Shown: piece after piece, positions 17,201 to 27,000 of the stretch | Position numbering within the stretch: the stretch's first letter is position 1 | Layout: every line of letters starts with the position of its first letter | Origin: a virus | Lineage: Duplodnaviria > Caudoviricetes | Virus record (IMG/VR): IMGVR_UViG_3300045119_000159 | Coordinates: 1-58,837 of that record | Strand: one strand, 5' to 3' | Length of the DNA: 58,837 bases | The notes under the pieces: model-generated | The model's input: only the letters and a program-made list of their open reading frames with translations | The model's database searches: none | Told to the model about the DNA's origin: nothing | Program-made: the position numbers and the translations under genes

Positions 17201-19300
17201 CGAGGCCGCCGGGGCAGACCCGCCGTTGAACACGTTCGCGCTGACACACGCCACCGGAACCGCCTTCGGGAACGGCCCCGGCAGCACCCCCGCCATCTTC
17301 ATCGTGCCGTCAGACCAGTGCCGGATGTTGATAAAGGTCGCGGGCCACGGTGTCCCATCCAACGCCTGGAGTTGTGGGTACTGCCCCGCCGGGATGTCAC
17401 CCTTCTTGAACTCCAGCGGGAACATCGGCGGCGAGGGCGTGTTCGCCGTGACCGTGGAGCCGGAGGTCGAGCAGAGACTGATCGTGTTGACCACCGCTCC
17501 GGGTGCGCCAGCGCGGAACTGCGCCGGGCCAAGATCGAAGGTTGGAGAACGGGTTGACCCGAACATATCCTTCGTATTGTTTAAGTTCATTGAGGGGAAG
17601 CCGAATGCACTTTGCACATAACTAACCCCCAACCCACGTACAGGACTGCCCGCCACCAGCCGGGGATTGGTCGCCGCATCCACGAACGTCGCCGCCGCGC
17701 TCTGACTGAATAAGCTACTCGCTCCGCCAAATACCTGTCCAGTGAGGGCGACTGAAAGATATGGATCGGTGAAACTGGGGTTCGTGCTGGAGTTGGGCAG
17801 ATCGGTGGCGTTGTTGCTGGTCTGCCCCGTATTCCAGGTCGCAAAACAAGGAGTGTTTATGGCGACCTGATTTACCCAGCCGAAATACAGACTGTTGTTG
17901 AATGCCTTGGTAGCGCTGGACGTTCCCTGCACGTCGCCACACAGCGAAATATGCGCCGTTCTGTTGGCCCCGCTACCAAGCGAGATGTACGTCGTGTTGT
18001 AAACGAACCCGTTATATTTCCAGTAACTACCCGACGCGCCGACCGCATTGCTGCGATTGATGATGAGGTTGTTTCCGGATGTATTATATGCGTCCGCTCC
18101 GAAGGTGGTTGGACCGTCGCTGTCGAGGATCGAATTAGTCGCATTCTGTGAGTTATTGTGGCACCCCTCTAATCCACCGAAAGCAGGACTTGTCCCTCCT
18201 GTCGATTTGAGTTGCAGCCCGTCGAGCCAGACAAAGGTGTCGCAGCCAAAAACCGCGTCCTGGCCCACTCCGAGAATAGTGACTCCTTTGGTCTGATCTA
18301 TCGCGAGCGGATCGCTGGAGGCTAGATTATCCCGGAAGCTCTCACCCGCTGCCGGCACGATACGCACAGTCTGGTTGTCAAATCCAAACCCGCAGCCGGT
18401 CGTGTCCATCGTCTGACTGATAGTGCCAATGCAGAAGTTGGCATTGTCACCGACACGAGAGCTATGATAGTTGACACTTATCGGATTGGCCTCGTCTCCA
18501 ACACCGCCAGTATATGTTTGGGTGGCGAATCCTCCGTGCCAGGTCGTTATTGTCATCTGCACGTTTGAAACAATCTGCGCTCCTCGCCCAACAGACGGGT
18601 CACCGATAGTCGGATAGAGACTCTGTAGTTGATGTGGCAAGGCGCTGGCATGGGTGGCGTCCGAGGTATAGGGGATCTTGGCAACCGCGACCCAAGAACA
18701 ACCGCCGTCTGCCACAGATGAACCTGGAGTTGTCGGGCCAGGACCACTCGATGCCGCCACACATTTGAACGGTGCCGAGCCAGAATTAAACACATGCCCG
18801 CACACTCCGAAAACGTTGGTGTCCCAATAGCACTGCCGCCAAGCCCACCCGGCATTGACGACGATCTGCTCCTGCCAGTAGCACCCTGGCTGCGGGTTGC
18901 TGTCGTTCGTACAGGTGCCAACATTAGGTTGCCACTGTACTGGATCGTCCCACAGCGGCGAACTGAGCGTGATGTAATCGACCTTGACCAGACATTTCCA
19001 AGTTGCACCCCCATCAGTTATTCCGGTGCTCGGGCAGGACGAGATCGTCGGCTGGCTGCCGGCGCTGGTTCCTGCTGTCGTCAGTTCCAGCAGATATAAG
19101 GCCGAGCCATTGGTGTAGGCGGGAGTTCCACCCGGCGTCAGGCCCGGCCCAGCCAGTACGCGATCCCCTAGATGCCCGACATGGGTGTAGCTATGCGATG
19201 ACTGCCACGCAGGCGCGTTGGCGACGTTGAAGCTATAGGTGAAGGCGAGAGCCGGCGATGCACCGAGCGCGAACAGCAGTGCCAGGATGATACGCTTCAT
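14282..19300 (-). CDS. Giant secreted multidomain protein, candidate polysaccharide lyase/hydrolase
   Basis: Signal peptide MKRIILALLFALGASPALA; Asn-rich beta-helix-like part; FKKGDIP...WSDGTMKMA (RIFT/PcRGLX-like); SHMP...YLMTGEPQYLD and RLQAWSLR toroid-like motifs; many Cys. Confidence 0.75.
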   Translation of the reverse strand: MKRIILALLFALGASPALAFTYSFNVANAPAWQSSHSYTHVGHLGDRVLAGPGLTPGGTPAYTNGSALYLLELTTAGTSAGSQPTISSCPSTGITDGGATWKCLVKVDYITLSSPLWDDPVQWQPNVGTCTNDSNPQPGCYWQEQIVVNAGWAWRQCYWDTNVFGVCGHVFNSGSAPFKCVAASSGPGPTTPGSSVADGGCSWVAVAKIPYTSDATHASALPHQLQSLYPTIGDPSVGRGAQIVSNVQMTITTWHGGFATQTYTGGVGDEANPISVNYHSSRVGDNANFCIGTISQTMDTTGCGFGFDNQTVRIVPAAGESFRDNLASSDPLAIDQTKGVTILGVGQDAVFGCDTFVWLDGLQLKSTGGTSPAFGGLEGCHNNSQNATNSILDSDGPTTFGADAYNTSGNNLIINRSNAVGASGSYWKYNGFVYNTTYISLGSGANRTAHISLCGDVQGTSSATKAFNNSLYFGWVNQVAINTPCFATWNTGQTSNNATDLPNSSTNPSFTDPYLSVALTGQVFGGASSLFSQSAAATFVDAATNPRLVAGSPVRGLGVSYVQSAFGFPSMNLNNTKDMFGSTRSPTFDLGPAQFRAGAPGAVVNTISLCSTSGSTVTANTPSPPMFPLEFKKGDIPAGQYPQLQALDGTPWPATFINIRHWSDGTMKMAGVLPGPFPKAVPVACVSANVFNGGSAPAASGLTPTQLYAALIQMNITGQGASFGLTGSWDAKLANDARNVEVVNYGDGGGGRVYRILTHVEQSGTAHGQMEVYWYVQQVLDASGGVAGYRVLGRLTQPWYNHDTPAKDWRGLSAFNIQYGAGPTTITPPFPQGSNPLTITASNWIGSWSWTTTTPASYNDCGGDTQQCMLTGYVFPNGGGSLPTGLSTNTVYCIESFPTGMQFSTCNMGDLPSNVDGGTGTFTFQPMLLLPHFGTLWTAGADGRYAYVPGTAATDAPIIVKGNPTYDQSTHVWPPYNMSLSPPPDPNPSTWSGTGGTLAYNNMSKGPYLKQLNQGGERDSIGVRTTWCARAFYNHSLNDDKTIRSIGLSANNFSINMRDFATRGPVHLGNPANSYTGMPASTATTVQWGGEVLRQSGFTAPAHGLATRYAWTSDFSHMPDIASCAYLMTGEPQYLDLAMEFANHAISGQIPTDRNAIGFHGSDYYGVVTYISGWGMRLQAWSLRALTDADAWWPDSDPAGTQIGAYLHAQQQASTALPVAAIPFQNSYAATNCLWDTATGTNRGQFHQFYMMNVLVNAYNNDEDANALTLMNCQSTFWQHIVSTFGTDYPLYAIGESTYDTNNIGGGLLSVNATWAGGIATLTQTGGDNMFTGETGTPQIAGYTNTPVTLTRTGPTTATFPQVASASPASGSFNIISNPIDSDDYYGGIATDVGAHPIEWLTGSPGTFALGVSDYSVYGGQTPGGQSWNPANGDKFNWVSFVGFNNSKAPGGLQVHQAYYAVNMHAGTICGMSWSSGTETFQTCSAHGMSGTRKVGISGNSAIGSSPAGIGGVNLTCTITDGTHFTCPIAVDPGVASIKGNYNSFNLATTRGGTAVDTTDTSDPSHPGIYDFYSVPANAPIGYWVDYPGPQGYLTSGHGAMNAMLASCVTGMAPVMAKADARWNYYQTYFGYSSLGAYYQAGPKNAFQTTFGGSGCSTPPPSSSAPISAMVH

Positions 19301-19866
19301 TATTTGGTTCCCAAGACCGCAGTTGCGCTAGTGGTGCCGTTGGGGTTGGTACACGTCAGCTTGAACGACGTTATTCCGGGCGGGGGGGTAAACGATTGAA
19401 TGCCAAACTTGGAGCCGCCTGTAGTGAAATTATCCCCCGTGCAATTGTCGGCGTTATCAGTCATCCAGAATGCGGTTGCGGGTGGTGACTCTACTCTGAA
19501 CCCAAGGATGACGGGTAGCGGTGTCGGTGGAGACGAAAGCGGAGGCGGGTTCTGCAGCCCCGGATCGCTCGTCATAGCCCATGCAGCTCCGGTGAGCACC
19601 CACCACTGACTGTATGTGTTGAGGACGTACATCTTGCCGCCGTTGGCGACTTCGAGTTTAACGCCAGCCCCGCCCGCAGCAGGCAGCTGGTTATTGAGCA
19701 TGATGACGTTGCCGCCATTGGCGACGGCGGTGCCGAATGTCCAGGTTCCCGCCGCAGTAACGAGGTGGCCCCCACTAGCAACCGTGATGGTCGTGCCGTC
19801 AGGAGAGTTCTGTGCCCATGCCGAAACCGGCAGCAGCAGTAGTAAGGCTAAGAGTAGCTTTCTCAT
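19300..19866 (-). CDS. Secreted beta-rich protein
   Basis: MRKLLLALLLLLPVSAWAQ signal peptide; Pro linker; C-terminal Ig-like segment FKLTCTNPNG. Confidence 0.8.
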   Translation of the reverse strand: MRKLLLALLLLLPVSAWAQNSPDGTTITVASGGHLVTAAGTWTFGTAVANGGNVIMLNNQLPAAGGAGVKLEVANGGKMYVLNTYSQWWVLTGAAWAMTSDPGLQNPPPLSSPPTPLPVILGFRVESPPATAFWMTDNADNCTGDNFTTGGSKFGIQSFTPPPGITSFKLTCTNPNGTTSATAVLGTK

Positions 19867-19876
19867 GTGGTGCATC

Positions 19877-20839
19877 CTAATACCCGCCATTCGTCCGCAT
19901 GTTGCTGGTGAGCGCCGCCCCGCTGGACGAGGTGTCGGCAGTGTAAACCGCCATTTGGAGAAAGCTGGCCGTCAGCGTTCGAGCGGAGGAGTCATTGCAT
20001 ATATTCAAACCTAAACTAGAGAAAGCAACATTTGTACCGACCGTCCCGGTGGCGGTTGATCCATTGATCGACATAGTGCCCGTCCCGCCACTCACTGGTT
20101 GAGTGCCGATCATCGAGTAGAACGTTCCGACACTGACGGCCGGTGGGGCGACGAGAGTCGTTCCGGCGTTGTAGATTGCGTCTATGGTGGCGTTGGAGAA
20201 GCCGAGAGTCGGACCTGGGGACGCCGCATCAAAGGCTGGCCCCGCACTCATCAATGGGCCGTAAACACCAGCAGTCGAAACATCGACCCTTACCGCTGCA
20301 AGCATCGAGGTGGGTTGGGCGTTGCCTGGAAAGTCACCGTTGGCTGTGTGTGTTGTTCCAGTACATTTGAGGGCGGGAATAGTCCCGATAGCATTGGGGA
20401 TAAAATAAAGATACTTGCCCGTGGCCGATACCATATTACAAAGAACTGTGCCGCCGCCACAGTAATTCCCCGCACTACCATCAGTATACGCGATATGAAC
20501 CAAGCAGGCATCCACCCCCGGCGTCGAACCGCAGGGATTGCCTCCTCGCGTCTGCGTGCTTGACACGATACCGGTCGTTGCGTCTGATACCGCGTCGGCG
20601 CAGTTGCCCTCGGCGGTATCGCACAGGTTGAGCATCGCCTGGCCGCGTGTGGCGGCGCTACAAGCAATCGTGCCCCAACAACCCTTGGCCCCAGGCAGCA
20701 CATCTAGGATGCCCTGGAAGCCACCACCGCCACCGCCACCGCCCTTGGTCCCCGGACCCGGCCACGGCATTCCAACTTGGGCCAGCGCGATCCCAATTGG
20801 CAATAAAACGGCAGCGATTGTGAGAAGTATTCTCCTCAT
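19877..20839 (-). CDS. Secreted lectin-like protein (ConA or arabinofuranosidase-B-like sandwich)
   Basis: Signal peptide, GMPWPGPG + poly-Gly linker, Cys-rich beta domain. Confidence 0.65.
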   Translation of the reverse strand: MRRILLTIAAVLLPIGIALAQVGMPWPGPGTKGGGGGGGGFQGILDVLPGAKGCWGTIACSAATRGQAMLNLCDTAEGNCADAVSDATTGIVSSTQTRGGNPCGSTPGVDACLVHIAYTDGSAGNYCGGGTVLCNMVSATGKYLYFIPNAIGTIPALKCTGTTHTANGDFPGNAQPTSMLAAVRVDVSTAGVYGPLMSAGPAFDAASPGPTLGFSNATIDAIYNAGTTLVAPPAVSVGTFYSMIGTQPVSGGTGTMSINGSTATGTVGTNVAFSSLGLNICNDSSARTLTASFLQMAVYTADTSSSGAALTSNMRTNGGY

Positions 20840-21564
20840 CGAACGACCCGCCAGTTAAGTGTGATAGCGCCAGGGGTCACTGAGGAACTCGTGTTGTTAC
20901 AAACCTTGAAATTTACGTTGTTTGAGGTCGGATAAGCGATGATGGTCAGCATCCCCGCTGTCGCTGGGATGTACCCGGTGACTCCTGTTGGATCGCCATT
21001 GAACGATGCCACGACAACATCGGTCGATGCAGCGCCAGTGGCCGACGTGGTGACGACCGTCGCGCAGGTGGCGGAGGTTATCGCGCCAGTGCCGAGAGCG
21101 GATGTCCCAGATGCTACTACCGCCGAACTAGGGGCACCCAAACTCAAATCTACCGTTACGGTGGAGCTGCCGGCAGCCGTCGCGAGCGCTCGCCCGATGA
21201 CCTGTGAAGAGGCGGGACGGGTTGCCCCCGCATCATGGCAGGCACCAGCAGTTGTGGCTGAATTGGTAACGTAATGCCCGGCTGTGATCGCCGTGGCATC
21301 GAAGACGCAGTTGACTTTACCAATCTTGGCAACCAGCGCATTGCCAGTCGTACCTGCGCCCGCATAGACGATCCCGGCAATATCATCAACATCCGTCGTG
21401 GCGGCGATAATCGCAGTAGAGGGGGCACCGGTCAGCTTCGCCAGCTTGTTGATAGTGGTGCCGGTGCCGGCCTCGTTAGCAATGTCAATAACAGCTTGCG
21501 CCATCGCCGGAGTGGCGGAAAGCAGCGCTCCAACCAGGAGCGCCCCGAGTAGTTTAATTTTCAT
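20836..21564 (-). CDS. Secreted structural-like protein with capsid-cement-like domain
   Basis: Signal peptide; ITAGHYV...G...VIGRAL...TVTV motif; second beta domain. Confidence 0.7.
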   Translation of the reverse strand: MKIKLLGALLVGALLSATPAMAQAVIDIANEAGTGTTINKLAKLTGAPSTAIIAATTDVDDIAGIVYAGAGTTGNALVAKIGKVNCVFDATAITAGHYVTNSATTAGACHDAGATRPASSQVIGRALATAAGSSTVTVDLSLGAPSSAVVASGTSALGTGAITSATCATVVTTSATGAASTDVVVASFNGDPTGVTGYIPATAGMLTIIAYPTSNNVNFKVCNNTSSSVTPGAITLNWRVVR

Positions 21565-21749
21565 AGGTTTGCTCCTAGATTAAGAACAACGACCGTCCCG
21601 CCGTTGACCACGATTAAACCGTTCGGAGTTGGCGCAACCGTTGGCGGACCACCTACAGCGCCCACATAAAAGTAAGTGAATTGCGCCCAAGCCTGCGGAG
21701 CAGCAGAAATAGCCACCATCATGATGAGCAAAGCGATGTATCTCATCAC
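21561..21749 (-). CDS. Small secreted protein
   Basis: Signal peptide ending AWAQ; coupled at both ends. Confidence 0.7.
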   Translation of the reverse strand: MMRYIALLIMMVAISAAPQAWAQFTYFYVGAVGGPPTVAPTPNGLIVVNGGTVVVLNLGANL

Positions 21750-23443
21750 AACGCGCCCTTAACTGCCATTGCGCAGTTAATCGTTGTAGTCGTGTCAGCA
21801 AAGCAAGAGATCACATCTTTGGCATTTCCGTTTGTGCTAAGGCTCGGTGCCGTGCCCCCAGCCCATTTGTAATTTGCCTGCCATGTTACTGTCCGACTGC
21901 CAACCGAGTCCTGCGTCAGAGCTACCACATAGGACTGCCCAGCCTTGACGTTTGTAGGATTGGCGACTGTTAGATTTCCCGCGCCGAAAGTTGCCGTGAC
22001 GCTATTCGATGCGCTGAAATCGGGTGTCAGCGTGCCTCCTGGGCTCTGCGCTCCACTTGCTGTAGGCGTGATCGCCTGCCCCTTTGTCCACGCTTGGCTT
22101 ACATCGAGAAAAGCGGCATCGGCGGGGGCTTGCCCGGCAACCCACGACCCGCTCAGGCTTCCAAACCCAAGCTGGACACAATTAAGGTTGTTTATGTCGA
22201 GGGAATTGAAGACTTGATTTGTGGCGCAGGCTTTGGCCGCAAGCGCAGAACTGCTCTCGACCGTCCAAGTGTGTATACCAGAGACTCGGAACACAAGCCC
22301 GACGCCCTTATTGGTATAAGGCCCAACGCTCGCTACGTTGCCTCCGGTGCCAACGATCCCTCCTGCACTATCCGCCGCATTTACCGCTACCGTAAGAGTG
22401 GCGCTCCCGCCGACAAACCCACCATCGGCAATCGAGATTGCCGTATCCGTACTGACTGCCGTGATCGCCGGCAGCGTCAGCGTCCCGGTCGTCCACCCCG
22501 ACGCAACCTTGACTAATCGTGTGGCGTTGGCGATAGCCGCTGTGCCGGTGACGGCCTGTGGACTTGTCTGCCCGTCCACACCGAAACCTGGACCGCCGCC
22601 ACCACCTCCTGTCCCATTCGATGCGGCAGTGATGCGTCCTTTTTGATCGATGGTTGCATTGAGATTGGTATAGCTGCCAGGAGTGACTGCCGTGCTCGCA
22701 AGGCTCATCGGAGCCGTACCGCCACTGCCGTTCGTGGTAACGAGATCGGAACCGAGCAGGCTTAAGGTCGTTGTGCTAGTCTGGGTGCGCGTACCGTCCG
22801 TGACTGCGGCAATGCCCCCGACAATCAGTATATTAGCGCAGGTAGTCGCCCGTCCTTTTGCGTCATAGGTACATTGTGGGACATGAGTGGAATCGCCGTA
22901 GGTTCCTGGGGTGGCATTCGCCGCAGCCAATGACATTGGCGCGGTGCCACCAGAACCGTTTGTTGTGACAAAATCGGCCGCTGTCAGACTAAGGGTCGTT
23001 GCGCTAGTCTGGATGTGCGTTCCATCCGTGACTGCGGCAATGCCACCGCCGCCGGCACCTGAGATGAGGACATTTGTGCAGACGGTAGCGCGCCCTTTCG
23101 CATCAAACGTACACTGCGGAACATGGGTTGCATCGCCATAACTCCCGGCACCAACGCCGGATATCGAGAGCGTGAAAGGGGTCGAGCCGGTCCCGGCTGC
23201 CGTACCGTCCCCGGTCAGCGCAGTGATGCCACCACCGCCACCGCCACCACCCAGCGCCGACGCAAGGATATTGACCGTGGCACCGCCGCGTATCAGCATA
23301 ATCATATCGTTGGTCTGGGTACTTGAGACCACCGGTCGGCCCGCGAAATAACTAAGGAATTTCGACGTGAGCGTCGTCTGTGCATAAGCGACTGTTGACG
23401 CAATGAGCAACCCAGCGAAGACTGGCAGGATGAACCGCTTCAT
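21746..23443 (-). CDS. Tail-fibre-like protein with signal peptide
   Basis: MKRFILPVFAGLLIASTVAYAQ; three GSY...DxKGR fibre repeats; C-terminal TQDSVGSRTVTW...WAGGTAPSLS..D fibre domain. Confidence 0.8.
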   Translation of the reverse strand: MKRFILPVFAGLLIASTVAYAQTTLTSKFLSYFAGRPVVSSTQTNDMIMLIRGGATVNILASALGGGGGGGGITALTGDGTAAGTGSTPFTLSISGVGAGSYGDATHVPQCTFDAKGRATVCTNVLISGAGGGGIAAVTDGTHIQTSATTLSLTAADFVTTNGSGGTAPMSLAAANATPGTYGDSTHVPQCTYDAKGRATTCANILIVGGIAAVTDGTRTQTSTTTLSLLGSDLVTTNGSGGTAPMSLASTAVTPGSYTNLNATIDQKGRITAASNGTGGGGGGPGFGVDGQTSPQAVTGTAAIANATRLVKVASGWTTGTLTLPAITAVSTDTAISIADGGFVGGSATLTVAVNAADSAGGIVGTGGNVASVGPYTNKGVGLVFRVSGIHTWTVESSSALAAKACATNQVFNSLDINNLNCVQLGFGSLSGSWVAGQAPADAAFLDVSQAWTKGQAITPTASGAQSPGGTLTPDFSASNSVTATFGAGNLTVANPTNVKAGQSYVVALTQDSVGSRTVTWQANYKWAGGTAPSLSTNGNAKDVISCFADTTTTINCAMAVKGAL

Positions 23444-23444
23444 A

Positions 23445-23795
23445 CTATTGGTTCCGAACCGGAATGCGGTTGATCACAACGTAAACCGCCGTTGCAGTGG
23501 TGATGGCGAGGCGATAGCGCCCCGAAGGCAGGTAGGCGGTTGAGTACCCGGCGGCGGTAATGGGCGCTGCGGCCTGCACATAGGTCGAGCTATCGCCCGC
23601 CAGCTTTTGCAACGTGATATTGCCGGCGCTGAAAGTCGCGACGGCATCGATCCCATACAACCCTCCCGACAGCCTGAACTCGGCAGTCGTGGCAGAAATG
23701 TTGGTCGCGACATATTCTTCATCTGCCCATGCCGGAACGGAGACGCTCAGCAGGACAATAAAAAAGACGGCCAAAAGCCGCCCGACATGAGGCAT
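23445..23795 (-). CDS. Small secreted beta-sandwich protein
   Basis: Signal peptide ending PAWA; ATFSAGNITLQ...YRL motif seen in small phage structural proteins. Confidence 0.75.
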   Translation of the reverse strand: MPHVGRLLAVFFIVLLSVSVPAWADEEYVATNISATTAEFRLSGGLYGIDAVATFSAGNITLQKLAGDSSTYVQAAAPITAAGYSTAYLPSGRYRLAITTATAVYVVINRIPVRNQ

Positions 23796-23825
23796 GATGC
23801 GTTCCCCCGTTTGAAGAGGCGATCC

Positions 23826-24095
23826 GTGAAAGCGTTAGTAATGATCCTTAGCGTCGTCAGTTTGTTGACGGCTTGCGGCCACAAGAACGTCCTCTGGCAT
23901 CCGCCTGAAGGGACGGCTGGCCGGCAATACAATCAAGATCGGCTCGTCTGTCGTGGTGTCGCTGACTATCCGGCGAGTGCTGTCCCAGGCGGTGGATTAG
24001 GCGGCTTGCTGATGAATGCCGGCGCGGCTCAAGAGGCGCAGACCAGCTACATCAATTGCATGATGGCCGCCGGTTATACGCCGGAGTATCGCTAG
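23826..24095 (+). CDS. Lipoprotein on the opposite strand (moron or superinfection-exclusion candidate)
   Basis: GTG start, lipobox LTAC, QDRLVC...CMMAAGY. Confidence 0.7.
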   Translation: MKALVMILSVVSLLTACGHKNVLWHPPEGTAGRQYNQDRLVCRGVADYPASAVPGGGLGGLLMNAGAAQEAQTSYINCMMAAGYTPEYR

Positions 24096-27000
24096 TGAGC
24101 CTTCAGCATTTCCAGCTTCTGCTTGTGGCTGGCACCCTCGCGGTAGGCTCGCTGCGCCGCGCGCGCGGCTTCGCCGATATCGAGGTTCTGGTGCAGGATC
24201 AGGGCGCGGGCCTGCTTGCGTGACGCTTCGATTGTCTTGGTAATCACGTCGCGCTGCGAGGCTTCCGGCAGGTTCGTGAAATTCGCGCCGCCGACGATGT
24301 TGTCGAGCCGCATCTTCATCAGTCGCCCGGCAGTCTGCGTCAGCTCGTAATATTGCTGGTCATTCAGCCCCACACCGTCGATCTTGCGGGTAATCGGCGC
24401 AACCGGGATGTCCAGCCGGATCAAAGCGTTTGTCACGGGATCGTTGACCACAGCCGAGGGGCCGACCATCGTGTGCTGGGTGATCGGCTCGCCATAGATG
24501 TCGTTGCGCGTTTCGAGGGTCTGTCGCAGAACCGGGATCTTGTTTTTGACCGCATCGGTAAAAGAATGAACTTCACGCTGGTAGGGGTCAATTAACTGCG
24601 CCATCTGCCCCATGCCGATCGCGAAGGGCACAAAATCCGCGCCTAGATTGCGTAGATAGCGTCCGCCATCCTTATCCCAATTGCGTGCGGCGTTGATGAA
24701 ATCCGACAGGCCGCGCAGCCAAGTCTCGTCAGCCACCACTTGCGAGAACCCGAAGATCGCAGCCGAAGCTGCCTGCGCATATTCGCCGGTTCCGGCGGTG
24801 TGCGCGACCTCATACATATTGGCAACGCCGCCAACCAGCGCACCGAGAGGGCCAATGAGCTTGCGGTAGGGATAATAGTGGTCGCCGATCCTGATGCTAT
24901 AGGGCTTCCAGCCAGTCAACTCCAAACGCATCCGTTCCCTCGGATCTGAGGGACCGCTGCCGGTCAGGATCTGTTCCGCCGTCAACCCAATCACGGCGGT
25001 GCTGAGCATAACGCCAGAGGCAATCTTGCCGTATTGCAGGCTCTGCGCGACGGTGCCGTTGCGGCCACGCAGGTAATCCAGCATGGGGGTAGCTAAGAGG
25101 TTATTGCGCGCCGCTGTCGAGGCAAAGGCCAGCGGAGTGTGCTGAACGAATGCTTGGTCGAGGATGTTCGCGCCGATCTGCATGAACGGCATGACCGTCT
25201 TCGCGACGACATTGTTGTTGACGGCGCGCTGGATATTGGACATCGCAGAATTGAAGGCCGGGCGCTTCATCAGCACCATCGCCAGCGCCTCGTTGTGCGC
25301 GTGCTCGATGGCTTCCATCGGTGGGTTCTGGGTGAACTCGGCAACGTGCGCGTTATACGCCTCGCCCGTCAACTTGTTACTGATGGCAGACCGCACCGCG
25401 AGACGGGCGATTTCCTGCTCATACCCCATCGAATAGAATAGCGTATGGATCGCCGTCACAGCCCGCGAGGGGGTTTCCAGTACATAGCCCACCCTGCCGG
25501 GGATCGCCTGCGGCCGGGAGATGGCCTGCGCCGCGTTGGGCAGTTCGACACCCTCGGCAGCCTTCGTGATCAGCTCGGCACCCTTCATGTACGGGACGCC
25601 GGTTTTCAGGGCTTCGCCAGCAGCGCCCCATCCATCGCGCCAACCGCGCACCGCGCCATAGAGCTGCGCTGGCACTTCGGCCCACTGGACCCGATTGTCG
25701 AGCGGTTTGCCAGCGATCATCTCGCGGAAGCTGTCGATCGCTGCGGACGCGCTGGTGTCCGCAACCGCCTTAAACAGCGCCAGGTTGGTATTGCCGACTG
25801 CGTAGCCGCCGTGCGTGATCGGCCCCGAAATCAAGTTGTTGATGAAATAAGAGAGGTAGGCGGCGCGAATCTTCTGCCAGCGGGTCGCCCGCGTTTCGCC
25901 GATAAAGTCGGCGCGGGCGTCAGCGCTCGGCAATGCCTGCGACAGGTCGCGTTCCTGGGTCAGTTGGTCGAGCGTGCGGCCAGTGATCTTCTTGACGTAA
26001 TCGGCGACCGACTGGCCGGCGGCGATCCGGTCGATACGCTGGAAGGCATGCCCGGCGCGGCCCCAGCCAGCCTTGATCTCGCTATATAGCTCAGCCGCCA
26101 TCAATAGCTGCTGGCTGGTGCGCGCGTAGGCTACGGCGTCCGCTTCCGAGCCGCTGTCCGCCCATTTGGTGCCGGCCTCGACGGTCGCCTGGGAAATATC
26201 CTCGACTAACAGTCGAGCGGCTCGGGCGTCGTGATAAAGCTGATAAGCGGCCTGACCGAAACGCGCATCGCGGAAATCCTGCGTCCGCGCCGACATTTCC
26301 AGAATGATGCTCTTGGCGTCCTGGGTCGTGTTGAGGCGGTGAATCCAGGCGGTGCGGACCTCGCCTACGCGGCTGGCGGCAGGTCCGGAGGTGTCTGGTC
26401 CTGCGTCGGCGCTTCGCCGCTGTTCAGATAGTCGATTGCCTTCTGCCGCAGCGTTACCTCCGCCCTCGCCGACCGAGCGAGGTTCCGATACCCGGCCCGC
26501 TGGTGCGGCATTAGGTTCTCCCGTAGGGCTGCTTGGTCCAGAAACGTTGCCTCCCGCTGCGCCTCCGCCATCCTCAGACGGTGCTCTGCCGCTGACTCGC
26601 TCATCTTCGATCTCCGGGTGTGCTGCTTCCCCTACGCTATCACGTTCCGTCCGCACCAGGGGCGCAATTTCTCCGGCTTGCGGAGGAGGCGTCGTTGCAG
26701 CGTCGGCTTCATGCAGATCGGCAAATGTGCCTGTCGGTTCCCGTTCCGGCGCGATGACGGGCCTTTCCTTGCCCGTCGATAACATCCGGTCGAACACGCC
26801 CCGGATATCGTCGTTGATTGGCGCGCGGAGGCGAGTAACAGTCTCGTATATCTTTGTCAGCCAGTCTTTGAACTGCTCGAAAACCCGCGCCAATCCGGTT
26901 GACGGAGCGTGACCCTCCATCATGTAGCGCTCAAACCCACGGGCGAATTTCTCGTGGGCACGAGTCGGGATGGCCTCGCCCTCGGCGACGCCAAGCCAAT

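Noticed and set aside
14282-23443. Diversity-generating retroelement as in BPP-1
   Set aside because: No reverse transcriptase ORF and no TR/VR pair with adenine-specific differences noticed
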